Shown here piece by piece: positions 19,613 to 30,266 of a DNA stretch of 64,000 nucleotides (position 1 is the stretch's first letter; each line of letters starts with the position of its first letter). The notes below the pieces were generated by a model. The model had not been told where the DNA came from. It saw only the letters and a program-made list of their open reading frames with translations, and ran no database searches. Position numbers and translations under genes: made by a program. The DNA is from an uncultured archaeon (GTDB taxonomy: Archaea; Asgardarchaeota; Lokiarchaeia; Sigyniarchaeales; SOKP01), in the NCBI GenBank assembly GCA_964493715.1, contig CAZBPC010000001.1, positions 76,383 through 140,382 on the forward strand. The letters are read 5' to 3'.

Positions 19613-21523
19613 CTATTTTAATAGAATAGTCTCTAAATTTTTAGGCGCCTTTGTTGTTTTCCTCAATTTTCTGTGAATCATCGTAGCCAAGCTAATCACT
19701 TTTGTCTCTTCTCCATGATTACAAATTATCATCTTAGGTCTCGGTGCTATTCTTCGTAAGAATTGAGAAATCTGACTTCGAGATGAATGACCACTAAATC
19801 CTTCAAGAGTGAATACGTTTAGATTTAATTTCACTAATTGAGTTCTACCTCTAGGATCAATATATTGAAATTCTCGAAAGCCCCGTATGATTCGACTTCC
19901 TAATGTTCCAGAAACTTGGTATGACACGAAGACTAGACTATTATTTTTATCCTCTGCTAGTGCTCTCAAGTACTGAACTGAAGGACCTCCAATCAACATT
20001 CCACTCGTGGCTAAAATAATACATGGTCCTCCTTGTATTACATCTTGGCGTTCTTCTGGTGAAGAGACAGTTGTAAAGAAATCACTCATAAAAGGATTTT
20101 TTCCTTGATGAAGTATTTTCTCTCTTAAATCCAAGCTAAGGTAATCGGGATGGGCAGTGTGTATTGCAGTGGCTTCAGAAATAAGACCATCCAAGAAAAT
20201 TGGTACGCGGTCAATTATACCTTTTGAAATTAATTCCTCTAAGACAATAATCAGTTCTTGTGCTCTTCCAACTGCTAATACAGGTATGAGTACTTTGCCA
20301 CCCCTTCGAATTGTGGAAGTAAGAACCTGTTTCAAATCTCGTTCAGAATCTTGGCGACTAGGAATTCGATCTTGAGGACCTCCATATGTTGATTCAATCA
20401 ATAAACTCTCTACACGAGGGAATTTTACTGCTGCTTTCTCAAGTAAACGGGTTTTCTGGTATTTAAAATCACCAGTATAAACAAAGTTATATCCTCCTTT
20501 TCCAAAGTGTAAATGTATCATGGATGAGCCGAGTATGTGTCCGGAATTATGAAGGGTTAACTTTACATCAGGAGCAATATCAGTAACTTTTCCCCAAGCT
20601 AATGGAATGGTATGTAGAACTGTCATTTTTACATCTCTTTTTGAATAGGGTGGGACAGTTCCTTCTTTTTCTGCAATTTGCACAAAATCTAACTGAAGCA
20701 TAGTAGAAAGGTTTCTGGTGGGAAGAGTAGAATAGACTGGTCCTCGATATCCATATTTAAATAAAAATGGAACCATTCCACAATGATCCAAATGAGCATG
20801 AGATATAACGACAGCATCCAAATCCCGAACTGAAAATTCTGGGACATCAAAACCGGGAAATCTATCATTTTTATTTCCAACGTTTAACCCTACATCAAGA
20901 AGAATATTACTATCCCTTGTTTGCATTAGTATGCAAGATCTTCCTACTTCTCTAAATCCTCCTAAAGCTGTCATTCTGATAGCTAAATCCTTAAAAAGAG
21001 GGGGCCTGTGGATTCGTTTTCCAATGTCTAATAGTATTTCTTTTTGGTGTTGACGCTCTTTTTTCAACATCTGTCTTATTAATTGTATTGTTATAGACGA
21101 AAGAGGAGGTGTTCGAATTGTTTTAGGTTGCCAAAATGTATTTGACCGAATTTCTTTAAGATTCATCCCTTTTTTACCAATTACTATCCCGGGTTTTCCT
21201 GCTTCAATTATAACTTCTCCACGTGTATGATCAAACTCGATGCTAGTAATTTCGGCCTCTTCACCAACAAGATTGCGAATATATACTTCAGTTTCATCTG
21301 GGTCTTTCCGTTTTTCAACATTCCAACGAAATACTACCCTTTTTCTCATTGATCTTGCTAAATCTTTAAGAATTTCGGAATTTTCAATTCCTTCCACATC
21401 TGCATTTTCGGAATAAACAGCAATTTCTGGACCCTCAAATTCGATTTTTTTCACGACAATATCAGAAGGGAGGATTTGAATAATTTCCTCTCTAATTCTT
21501 TGTAATTCGCCTTCAAAACTCAT
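19613..21523 (-). CDS. fttA: Beta-CASP ribonuclease aCPSF1 (transcription termination factor FttA)
   Basis: N-terminal KH domains (EFEGPEI, KPGIVIGKKG), LGGFREVGRS, SHAHLDH, GHILGS, ESTYG, GFSGHS. Confidence 0.96.
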   Translation of the reverse strand: MSFEGELQRIREEIIQILPSDIVVKKIEFEGPEIAVYSENADVEGIENSEILKDLARSMRKRVVFRWNVEKRKDPDETEVYIRNLVGEEAEITSIEFDHTRGEVIIEAGKPGIVIGKKGMNLKEIRSNTFWQPKTIRTPPLSSITIQLIRQMLKKERQHQKEILLDIGKRIHRPPLFKDLAIRMTALGGFREVGRSCILMQTRDSNILLDVGLNVGNKNDRFPGFDVPEFSVRDLDAVVISHAHLDHCGMVPFLFKYGYRGPVYSTLPTRNLSTMLQLDFVQIAEKEGTVPPYSKRDVKMTVLHTIPLAWGKVTDIAPDVKLTLHNSGHILGSSMIHLHFGKGGYNFVYTGDFKYQKTRLLEKAAVKFPRVESLLIESTYGGPQDRIPSRQDSERDLKQVLTSTIRRGGKVLIPVLAVGRAQELIIVLEELISKGIIDRVPIFLDGLISEATAIHTAHPDYLSLDLREKILHQGKNPFMSDFFTTVSSPEERQDVIQGGPCIILATSGMLIGGPSVQYLRALAEDKNNSLVFVSYQVSGTLGSRIIRGFREFQYIDPRGRTQLVKLNLNVFTLEGFSGHSSRSQISQFLRRIAPRPKMIICNHGEETKVISLATMIHRKLRKTTKAPKNLETILLK

Positions 21524-21810
21524 AATAATCCGATTTTAAAATTATTTCATTTTAAGTATATTGATTGAAAATAATTTGATTACAATTAATGAAAATTATT
21601 TTCCTTAACTCTTTTTTATATTAGTACTTTTTCCGTGGTAAATATCAAGTTAATTTTCAGTGATTTTGTATAAATAGAATAATTATCTCTTAGATATTAT
21701 CACTATTACAAGAGAGTGAATTTAAGAATGAATTCTATTAATCTCTAAATATTATATTGGATAATCACATAAAAATTTTTGCATATGTTATTTCATAAAA
21801 TATAGAATAT

Positions 21811-21828
21811 AGAAGTAAAATTTTATAA
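21811..21828 (+). promoter_or_regulatory. Canonical BRE-TATA promoter of leaderless purN
   Basis: AGAAGTAAAA-TTTTATAA ends 23 nt before ATG 21851. Confidence 0.55.
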
Positions 21829-21850
21829 CTAATGAAAATTAGAAAATCCT

Positions 21851-22486
21851 ATGCCAGAAGTTAAGATTGGCGCAATCGCATCTGGTTCAGGTACAAATCT
21901 AGAGGCAATAATTGAATCATGTGAAAACGGAATTTTAAGGAAAAAAGCCTCAGTAGAGGTTTTAATCTGCAATAAACAAGGAGCTTACTGCATGGAAAGA
22001 GCAAAAAATCACAAGATACCTTATTATTTAATAGAATCAGATAAAAATCTTGATATTTCTCGCGAAGAATTTGATCAACTAATGATTAATGTACTCAAGG
22101 AACATGAATGTGAATTAATTGCATTAGTTGGATACATGAGATTAGTAAGCCAAAAATTCATCAATGCCTTCAATGGTAATGTCATGAACATTCATCCTGC
22201 ATTATTACCTGCATTTAAAGGTCTTCACGGTCAACGTGATGCACTTAATTATGGCGTAAAAGTTTCTGGATGCACTGTTCACTTTATAGATGCAAGTACA
22301 GATCACGGTCCAATAATAATCCAAAAATGCGTGCCAGTATATGCAACAGACACCGAAGAATCTTTGGCTTTAAGAATTTTGGAATGGGAACATAAAATCT
22401 TCCCAAAAGCCATAGAATTATATTGTGAGAAGCGCCTTCATGTAATTAATAGGATTGTGCATATAGACGGAGAGATTAAATATTAA
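21851..22486 (+). CDS. purN: Phosphoribosylglycinamide formyltransferase
   Basis: SGSGTNLEAI, GYMR, NIHPALLP.F.G, GCTVHF.D...DHGPII.Q. Confidence 0.96.
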   Translation: MPEVKIGAIASGSGTNLEAIIESCENGILRKKASVEVLICNKQGAYCMERAKNHKIPYYLIESDKNLDISREEFDQLMINVLKEHECELIALVGYMRLVSQKFINAFNGNVMNIHPALLPAFKGLHGQRDALNYGVKVSGCTVHFIDASTDHGPIIIQKCVPVYATDTEESLALRILEWEHKIFPKAIELYCEKRLHVINRIVHIDGEIKY

Positions 22487-22690
22487 ATCCTAAAATGCGG
22501 GAAATGATATCTTTGAAAGCTCTGACCCAACTGAAAGTATTGGTATCTTCCAAGAAGATGATGACGATCTTGAGTAATGAGAATATTCATTTCCCGCTCC
22601 TATTACACTCAAATAAAACCTAAAATTTTAATCAAATCAATCATGGTTTAATTATATATTATTAATAATCAACAAGAAAATGAAGAAAGG

Positions 22691-24880
22691 ATGCCTCATC
22701 GAAAGGAAATTTCTGAGATTCTAAAAATGATGAAAAAACCTCGCAATATACGTAATATCGGGTTTGTGGGTCATATAGATCATGGAAAGACAACATTAAG
22801 CGATTCACTTTTGAGTGAAGCAGGTTTATTATCACCCGATTTAGCAGGAGAAGCACGAGCTTTAGACTATTTAGAAGAAGAACAAAGGCGCGGAATTACC
22901 ATGAAATCTACTAATATATCTCTATATTATGAAAAATCTCTTAAGGGTCACGACCCATTCTTAATAAATCTTGTTGATACTCCAGGTCACTTAGATTTTA
23001 GTGGAAAAGTAACACGTGCTTTAAGGTTAATAGATGGAGTTGTTGTAGTTGTCGATGCTGTTGAGGAAATAATTAGCCAATCTGAGACGGTTATTAAACA
23101 AGCGCTGCAGGAAGGCGTAAAACCAGTTCTTTATATAAATAAAGTAGATCGCCTTATCCGAGAATTAAAACTAACAGATGAACAAATAAGAAAAAAATAT
23201 ACAAGGATTATAAATGACTTTAATACGCTTATTGAAAGATTTGCAGATAAACCTTTCAAAAAAGAGTGGCAAGTATCTCCTGCTGATGGAAACGTCGCAT
23301 TTGGCTCTGCACTCCACAAATGGGGTTTTACTTTAAATATTTTAGAAAATAACGAGTTAAAGTTTTCGAATATTAGATCACGATATCAAAAAGAAACATA
23401 TACTAAAGAAACTTATGCTGATTTAGCTGTGCATTTTCCAATACACAACGCAATACTAGAAATGGTTGTAGATCACCTCCCTAACCCTATTGATGCTCAG
23501 AAATACAGAATCGGTAAGATTTGGAATGGAGATTTGACATCTGAAATTGGAAAATCCATGATAAATTGCGATCTAAATGGTCCTTTAATAATATGTTTGA
23601 GTAAAGTACAAGCAGATAAGCACACTTTGATCGCGACGGGGAGAATCTTTTCCGGAAATTGTATCAATAAAGAGGAAGTATTTTTATTAAGAGAAAATAA
23701 TTTTGACACAATCCGAAAAACTGCAATTTTTATGGGTCAAAGAAGAGAACAAGTTGAAGAAATACCTGTTGGAAACATCGTGGCTATAGAAGGATTAAAA
23801 CATGTCAAAAGCGGAGAAACCATAATTAATAAGAATTATATTGATAAAATGATTCCATTTGAAAATGTGAAATATGTTTCCACACCCGTTGTTACTGTCT
23901 CTATCGAACCAGATTATTTAAGAGATTTAGATAAGATGAAGGAACTCATCGAAAACATGCTAATCGAAGATCCTAATTTGTTATTTGAAGTAAACGAGGA
24001 AAATGGTGAATTTCTCCTCTCTGGTATGGGTCCCTTACACCTTGAAGTTACCGCAAATGAACTTGAAAAACGAGGCATTCAGGTTTCAACATCCGAACCA
24101 AGAGCCGTTTTTAAAGAATCAATCAGGCATAAATCCTCTATTGTTTCAGTAGAATCATCCATCAATAAAAATTCTCTTAAACTTAAAACTGAAAGATTAG
24201 ATGATAAAACTTCTAGGTTTTTTCAGACTCACGATATTAAGGCTATCAAGCCAAAAACAAAATTGAAAGAATTATTGGAAGAATTTACAGACTTAACAAC
24301 AGATGAAATCCAAAACTTTTGGATGTATTATGATAATAACAATATTTTAATTTACAATTTAGGAGAAAATTTAAATCAATCTTATAAAGAATCTATTGTA
24401 GAAATTATTGGTAAAATTCTTTTATATGGACCTTTATGTGGAGAAAAATTAACGGGTCTAAAAATTATAATTGAAGAACTCATCATCAATAAATTTGATG
24501 AAGAAAACGCGTTTAATGAATTATCCGCAATGTTTTATAATGCTATTAAAGATGCTTTAAACGAATCTGAACTTATCCTACTTGAACCAATTTACCATAC
24601 AATTATTCAATTGCACCCAGATTATATAAAAAATACGCTTTCATTGCTTTCTAAATATTCCGCAAAAATAAAAGAAGTAAACCAAGAAAAGGATTATCAA
24701 GGAATTATAGAAATTTTGCTCCCAGTAAGGAATTCTATTAAATTTGCTGAAGATATTCGGTCTTCAACATCCGGAAAAGCATTCTGGCAGAATGAGTTTT
24801 ATGCGTTTATGGAGGTTCCTAATCACGAAGCTAAGCAAATTATAAATGACCTGCGCTTCATGAAAGGTATTTCGTGGTAA
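22691..24880 (+). CDS. Translation elongation factor EF-2 paralogue (aEF-2p type)
   Basis: GHIDHGKTT, RGITM, DTPGH, NKVD and GMGPLHLE present; the domain IV diphthamide loop (HRG) is absent, replaced by NKFDEENAF. Confidence 0.85.
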   Translation: MPHRKEISEILKMMKKPRNIRNIGFVGHIDHGKTTLSDSLLSEAGLLSPDLAGEARALDYLEEEQRRGITMKSTNISLYYEKSLKGHDPFLINLVDTPGHLDFSGKVTRALRLIDGVVVVVDAVEEIISQSETVIKQALQEGVKPVLYINKVDRLIRELKLTDEQIRKKYTRIINDFNTLIERFADKPFKKEWQVSPADGNVAFGSALHKWGFTLNILENNELKFSNIRSRYQKETYTKETYADLAVHFPIHNAILEMVVDHLPNPIDAQKYRIGKIWNGDLTSEIGKSMINCDLNGPLIICLSKVQADKHTLIATGRIFSGNCINKEEVFLLRENNFDTIRKTAIFMGQRREQVEEIPVGNIVAIEGLKHVKSGETIINKNYIDKMIPFENVKYVSTPVVTVSIEPDYLRDLDKMKELIENMLIEDPNLLFEVNEENGEFLLSGMGPLHLEVTANELEKRGIQVSTSEPRAVFKESIRHKSSIVSVESSINKNSLKLKTERLDDKTSRFFQTHDIKAIKPKTKLKELLEEFTDLTTDEIQNFWMYYDNNNILIYNLGENLNQSYKESIVEIIGKILLYGPLCGEKLTGLKIIIEELIINKFDEENAFNELSAMFYNAIKDALNESELILLEPIYHTIIQLHPDYIKNTLSLLSKYSAKIKEVNQEKDYQGIIEILLPVRNSIKFAEDIRSSTSGKAFWQNEFYAFMEVPNHEAKQIINDLRFMKGISW

Positions 24881-24936
24881 GAATTGACGTAAGCAGAACA
24901 ATTTACTATTAATACATTTGTTTGGGATTCAGGCTA

Positions 24937-25007
24937 TGCGCCTGCCGGGGATCGAACCCGGGACGCTAACTTGGGAAGCTAGCATATTACCACTATACTA
25001 CAAGCGC
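24937..25007 (-). tRNA. tRNA-Gly(CCC), intronless, CCA not encoded
   Basis: GCGCTTG TA GTAT AGTGGTA ATAT G CTAGC TT CCC AA GTTAG CGTC CCGGG TTCGATC CCCGG CAGGCGC A folds as a cloverleaf. Confidence 0.95.
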
Positions 25008-25066
25008 AAAAATTGAAGTCTAATGTTAATAAATGAGAAATTCTAAATAAATTTTTTTTATATCAA

Positions 25067-25528
25067 AAACATAACCTCTCCTCTGAAATTATTAAGGAAT
25101 GTGTCGAGGAAATGATGTATTTGGCTGGAGATCGGGAAGTTGAGATAATATTAAATCCTTTAGATAATGCAGAATGTTAAATTGATAGATTGAGAATTGA
25201 ACAAGTGTTAACTAATCTTTTATCTAACGCAATTAAAAATACTCCATCAATGGGCTTTGTGGAGGTAATTTTGAGCACGCAAGGAGAACATATTTATATT
25301 TCAGTAGAGGATACCGGAATAGGATTGACGAAGGAGGAAATGGATAAGTTATTTAATAAATTTGGGAAGATTGAAAGATGTGGTAAAAAATTAAATGTTG
25401 ATATTGAGGGTTCAGGATTAGGTTTATTCATAACTAAAGAAATCATTGATTTACATAAAGGTAGCATCTGCGTTGAATCAGAGGGGAAAGACAAAGGTTC
25501 AAAATTCACGATTAAACTAAATAAATGA
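25067..25528 (+). pseudogene. Sensor histidine kinase remnant (HATPase_c domain only)
   Basis: N box NLLSNAIK, G1 DTGIG, F box LFNKF, G2 GSGLGL; the same frame upstream reads SEIIKECVEEMMYLA...NAEC-TAA(25178-80)-IDRLRIEQ; no HisKA or sensor part. Confidence 0.8.
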
Positions 25529-25652
25529 TATCAGCTAAGTTAATTTGATTGATTCTAATTATTACTAGATTTTAGTATCCTTAGGTTTTTATGGCAATTA
25601 AACATAAGAATTTTAATTGAAATAAGATTTTTTAGAACATAAATATCAATTT

Positions 25653-26339
25653 ATGGTGAATTTGCTGAAAATTGAAGATCTTAAAATTGAAAGCAATTTA
25701 ATAATTAAATCGAATGATGCTCTACTAATCGTCGATATGCAAAATGATTTTATACCTGGGGGGTCCTTACCTGTTAAAGATGGGGATCAAATAGTGGATG
25801 GAATTAACAGCATTGCAGAATTATTTAGAAAAAATAAAGCATCTATTATATTAACTCAAGATTGGCACCCTGAGGAGCATTTATCATTTGCAAGCAATCA
25901 TCCAGGAATGCACTCAGGTGATATCTATCAAACGGAAGCAATTGGACCAGTTCTATGGCCAGATCATTGCGTTCAAAATACTCTTGGATCTGAATTTCAT
26001 AAAGATTTGAAAAAAGAGTATGCTCATGCTATAATTCGAAAAGGGTATCATCCTGATATTGATAGTTATTCCGGTTTTATCGAGAATGATAAAAAATCAG
26101 AAACAGGATTAGCAGGATATCTAAAATCCCTTAAAATCAAGAGAATATTCATCTGTGGTTTAGCGTTAGACTACTGTTGCTTTTCTACAGCAATGGATGG
26201 CGTGGATTTTGACTTTAAAGTCTACTTTATTGTAGATTTGACAAAAGGAATAGATTTGCCTGCAGGAAATATCTCAAATGCCCTTGAAAGCATGCTGAAT
26301 AAGGGAATAACGTTTGTAATGAAAGATAGCTTTAAATGA
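25653..26339 (+). CDS. pncA: Nicotinamidase/pyrazinamidase
   Basis: VDMQNDF.PGGSL, TQDWHP..H.SF, LWPDHCVQ, KG....DSYSGF, GLALDYC. Confidence 0.95.
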   Translation: MVNLLKIEDLKIESNLIIKSNDALLIVDMQNDFIPGGSLPVKDGDQIVDGINSIAELFRKNKASIILTQDWHPEEHLSFASNHPGMHSGDIYQTEAIGPVLWPDHCVQNTLGSEFHKDLKKEYAHAIIRKGYHPDIDSYSGFIENDKKSETGLAGYLKSLKIKRIFICGLALDYCCFSTAMDGVDFDFKVYFIVDLTKGIDLPAGNISNALESMLNKGITFVMKDSFK

Positions 26340-26431
26340 AGCAAGCAACAACGTTATTCTTTTTTAATAATTACTTTAAAATTTAATAGATTATTTCATT
26401 TTACATAACCAAAAACTTCTAAAACCATTCT

Positions 26432-26917
26432 ATGAATCTAAAAATCAAGAATTTTCCATACAAATCTATTTTAATTGTGTGCAGCGTTAATACAGCACGA
26501 AGTCCTATGACTGAAGGTTTCTTGAAACACATTTTTAAGAATAGTGATATTGATGTAAATGTGTATTCTGGGGGAATATCTTCGAATGCTAGAGACGGAA
26601 TGCTTATTTCGCTCGATGCCAAATTAGCAATGCAAGAAGAGGGGATTCTTTTATCCAACGAATCGATATCCTTAGATTTAAAGAAACATTCTGAATTGAT
26701 TGGAAAGGCTGACCTGATCCTCACCTTAACCAATAAACACAAGGAAGAAATTCTCAAATATGTATCAAAAAATGGTACTGATATTTTAACATTGAAAGAA
26801 TTCGCGGATGATTGCGGTGATATAGAAGATCCCTCCATGAAAGGTATCGATGGTTTTAGAAAAGCACGGGATCAAATAAAAAAGTGTATAATTAAAGGAT
26901 TAAAGAAATATAAGTGA
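26432..26917 (+). CDS. Low-molecular-weight protein phosphatase (LMW-PTP/ArsC fold)
   Basis: P-loop VCSVNTARSPM, ADLILTL and DIEDP. Confidence 0.88.
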   Translation: MNLKIKNFPYKSILIVCSVNTARSPMTEGFLKHIFKNSDIDVNVYSGGISSNARDGMLISLDAKLAMQEEGILLSNESISLDLKKHSELIGKADLILTLTNKHKEEILKYVSKNGTDILTLKEFADDCGDIEDPSMKGIDGFRKARDQIKKCIIKGLKKYK

Positions 26918-27762
26918 AAATTATGATTGAATACATAATAATTGCAATTTTACAAGGATTACTTGAATGGTTACCAATCTCCTCTTCGGGCCAAGTGATG
27001 ATCGTCTCATTAAATCTGCTTGATATATCCCCAGAACAAGCATACAGTTTGAGTATTTGGTTACATCTGGGTACAATGTTTGCTGTATTATTGAGATTTC
27101 GTAAAGATTATTATGGAATTATCAAATCTTTCATTCCTAGTAAAATGAAATTAGATCAAAACGATATAAAAAAGAGAAACTGGTTAATTATAGCAACATT
27201 GGGGACGGCTATAACAGCTTTACCCTTATATCTTATGTTCCGAGTATTGATTTTGGGAACATATTCAGCAGATCAAGGAGATATTTTGACTTTATTCATA
27301 TCTAGTTTTCTTATAATAACTGGTGTTATTCTATTAGTTTTTAAAAAGAAATATGGACGAAAAACAATCGACCTTATTTCCAACAAAGAAATATATCGAG
27401 ATTCTTTCATCTCTGGTCTAATCCAAGGAATCGCGATTCTTCCGGGAATATCGAGATCTGGAATAACAGTATCTACAATGCTGGTAGAAAATTTTGAACA
27501 AGATCACTCGTTAAAGTTAAGTTTCCTCATGTCTGTTCCCGTTATTTTAGCATCTATAGGTGTGGATATAATTTTTGGAGAAGGATCAATATTAGGTAGC
27601 TTAGATCTTCCTACTATTTTGGTTATAACAATAGTGAGTTTTTTGATTGGTTATCTTACAATGGAGGTTCTATTGAGAATTGCGCGTAGAGTCAATTTTG
27701 GTTATTTCTGTATCTTATATGGCGTGATAGCTTTTATTATAATAGTTCCATTTTTAATGTAA
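26914..27762 (+). CDS. uppP: Undecaprenyl-diphosphate phosphatase (BacA family)
   Basis: QGLLEWLPISSSG, LHLGT, QGIAILPGISRSG, SFLMSVP; GTGA overlap with the upstream stop. Confidence 0.92.
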   Translation: MKIMIEYIIIAILQGLLEWLPISSSGQVMIVSLNLLDISPEQAYSLSIWLHLGTMFAVLLRFRKDYYGIIKSFIPSKMKLDQNDIKKRNWLIIATLGTAITALPLYLMFRVLILGTYSADQGDILTLFISSFLIITGVILLVFKKKYGRKTIDLISNKEIYRDSFISGLIQGIAILPGISRSGITVSTMLVENFEQDHSLKLSFLMSVPVILASIGVDIIFGEGSILGSLDLPTILVITIVSFLIGYLTMEVLLRIARRVNFGYFCILYGVIAFIIIVPFLM

Positions 27763-27769
27763 ATTAACC

Positions 27770-28663
27770 TTATATTTGTTTAATATAATCCAAAAGATAA
27801 TTTGAAAGAATTTTTTCAGCATTTTTTATTCCTTGAAAACCTGGAAAGTCATTTAAATCAATAAGATAATATCTATCTTTGTCTATGGGTTTAATTAGAT
27901 CAAATCCAAATATTTTTAGGTCAAGCTCTTTTGATAAAATATCTGCGAGCACCCTCATTTCTTCTGAAACTTTAAATTCTTCCCTATCAATAGCATCAAC
28001 ATCAATACTAGTGGGTTTCTCTCTCATATAAAGATATATAGGATTTTCTCGTTTAATCCCAAATACTTTATCACCAATTACATATACTTTCCTGTCTATA
28101 GCATCACATTCAATAAATTTTTGAATATAGACGTCATAATAGATTAAATGATTATATCGTTTATGAAAATCATCAAAATCCTCCGGCTTTTTTGCTAAGA
28201 AATTAAAGCGATTATATTTGTCATGTTGGGAATGACTTTTAATTACAATAGGAACTTTAGTAGAGCCCCATTTTTTAAATCGATCTAATTTTTTTGCACT
28301 TTGATTCCAAGATTGAACTAATGAAAATCCCTTTAATTTGGATTTATATTGGGAAAATATTCTCCTTAAAGCATAGTCAAGAGCTATTTTATTCTTACAT
28401 GTTGATACAGTTTGAATGTCATGCAAACATTTTATACCATTTATTCTTGCAAAATGAAGTAAATCCACTGAACAATCATTTCTGACTTTTACTATGAACA
28501 AATCGGCTTCTTTATATGCTTTAGGCATTCTCGAAAGATTAAAAAATTGTTTTGTTGGGTCGTGAAAGGTAAAATCCACTTCTTTCTTGGTTTTCAATAT
28601 GTCTATAACCTGTTTAATTACTTCATGGTTTTGCCTTGCGGAAAATACTACCTTTTTATTCAT
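27770..28663 (-). CDS. ATP-grasp protein, ITPK1-like inositol phosphate kinase
   Basis: QKFI...DRKVYVIGD, IFGFDLI and YLIDLNDFPGF (compare ITPK1 'IDIN.FPGY'); lies next to ino1. Confidence 0.75.
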   Translation of the reverse strand: MNKKVVFSARQNHEVIKQVIDILKTKKEVDFTFHDPTKQFFNLSRMPKAYKEADLFIVKVRNDCSVDLLHFARINGIKCLHDIQTVSTCKNKIALDYALRRIFSQYKSKLKGFSLVQSWNQSAKKLDRFKKWGSTKVPIVIKSHSQHDKYNRFNFLAKKPEDFDDFHKRYNHLIYYDVYIQKFIECDAIDRKVYVIGDKVFGIKRENPIYLYMREKPTSIDVDAIDREEFKVSEEMRVLADILSKELDLKIFGFDLIKPIDKDRYYLIDLNDFPGFQGIKNAEKILSNYLLDYIKQI

Positions 28664-28777
28664 TTTAATTACTCATTTAATTCAAATGAATCAATCTTAA
28701 TGAAAATAAATTAATACTGATTAATTATTAATTTAATTTAATCATTTTTTGTTTTTAACAATAATTAGGAAATTAAA

Positions 28778-30109
28778 ATGAAAATAAGAAAAAAAAGAGA
28801 AAAAAAAGAAAAAACATTTAGCGGGTTTCTGTTAAGACAAGTGCTCTTAATTGGAATGCTTTTTATGGGAGATTATCTATTCTTCTTTTTTGAACAAAAT
28901 TATTTTAATACATACCTAGATCATGTTCTTTACCTCCAGCCACTATATATATCGATTATGGTTTCATTATCTGCCACTGTTGGTGCTATTAGTATGCCAC
29001 TATGGGGGATTATAAGTGATAATTCACGCACAAAATTCGGGCGACGTAGACCTTTTTTACTATTTGGGATAATAGCTGGTATTGGCATGATTTTATACAG
29101 CTTTGCATATCCTTTATTTGGGAAAACGGAAACAGCTTTTATGTGGTGCCTAATCATAGATGTTGTAGTTATTGGAATTTCTTCTAACGCCTATCTAGTT
29201 GCGGAGAGGGCTTTAATCCCCGACACAATTGAGGTTGAAAAAAGAGGTAGAGCAAATGGATTAATTAATTCTATAAGTTACATTGGTTTATTGATTGGAG
29301 TTGCATTTTTATTGCTGGGGAATGAATTATTTGGAATTCCAGATCCTCGAGATACTGTTCCTCCAATTGGTACAATTATTACACAAGATGGACATTTCAT
29401 TCTTCTCTCATTTGGAGGAAGTGTTTTTTTTATTGTTTCTATTGTTGGATTTTTCTTCATTAAGGAAAAACACGTTACAGATCTTCCTGTAAAAAAGAAA
29501 TTTTTCTCGGAATTGAAGGATATATTTAACATAAATGAAGTGAGAAAAGTAAAGGAATTTTACAAGATCCTCATAGCATTCGTTGTATTTCAATCCGGTA
29601 TATCCTCAGTAATGCCATATCTTTTTATCTTTATTTTTGCTCAAGGGCTTAGTACAATGGAATTGCTACTAGGAATAGCTATAGCATTTCCAATCGTTTT
29701 CATTGCAACAATATACTTAGGTAAAATTGCAGATAAACATGGAAGAAAGAAGTATGTACCTTTATCCTTAATAATTGTCAGTATTGGATTCTTTATAATG
29801 CCATTTGCGGGAATACTTGCCAGCAAGATCTTATTCATGATTTGCCTACCATTTGTTTTAGTTGGAGTATTAGCAATAGTTACACCTCTTAATGCATGGG
29901 CTCAAGATTTACTTCCCGAAGAAAAACGTGGAAAATTTACAGGTATCTTTAACATTGTTAACACACTTTCTCAAATCATCGGTTCGTTTGCAGGGGGGCT
30001 CATCTTTATGATATTTGGTCTTTCTTGGATATTCATCGCTGCACCAGTATTTTTCTTCCTTTCAATTCCGTTATTCTTAAAGGTAAAAGAAACAGTTAAA
30101 AAAGAATAA
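28778..30109 (+). CDS. MFS transporter (GPH/MelB-like)
   Basis: GIISDNSRTKFGRRRPF and GKIADKHGRK motif-A copies; about 12 TM. Confidence 0.9.
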   Translation: MKIRKKREKKEKTFSGFLLRQVLLIGMLFMGDYLFFFFEQNYFNTYLDHVLYLQPLYISIMVSLSATVGAISMPLWGIISDNSRTKFGRRRPFLLFGIIAGIGMILYSFAYPLFGKTETAFMWCLIIDVVVIGISSNAYLVAERALIPDTIEVEKRGRANGLINSISYIGLLIGVAFLLLGNELFGIPDPRDTVPPIGTIITQDGHFILLSFGGSVFFIVSIVGFFFIKEKHVTDLPVKKKFFSELKDIFNINEVRKVKEFYKILIAFVVFQSGISSVMPYLFIFIFAQGLSTMELLLGIAIAFPIVFIATIYLGKIADKHGRKKYVPLSLIIVSIGFFIMPFAGILASKILFMICLPFVLVGVLAIVTPLNAWAQDLLPEEKRGKFTGIFNIVNTLSQIIGSFAGGLIFMIFGLSWIFIAAPVFFFLSIPLFLKVKETVKKE

Positions 30110-30266
30110 AATCATTTTTTTATTTTTATTTTTGTATCTATTATCTGATGTAATCAATTGGTAAATTTAATAATATTAAAATTGTCATAATCCTAATAAG
30201 GAGGGATTTTTTCTATAGAATATTTCAATAGCATTTAAATATTATATTCTAATAGTTGAAAATAGT

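Noticed and set aside
25178-25180. Stop-codon recoding (Sec/Pyl) in the histidine kinase fragment
   Set aside because: The stop is TAA, not TGA or TAG, and the gene also lacks its 5' domains.
26419-26838. 139-aa antisense ORF and the other short ORFs overlapping longer genes
   Set aside because: They are shadows of well-supported genes on the opposite strand or in another frame and show no recognisable motifs.
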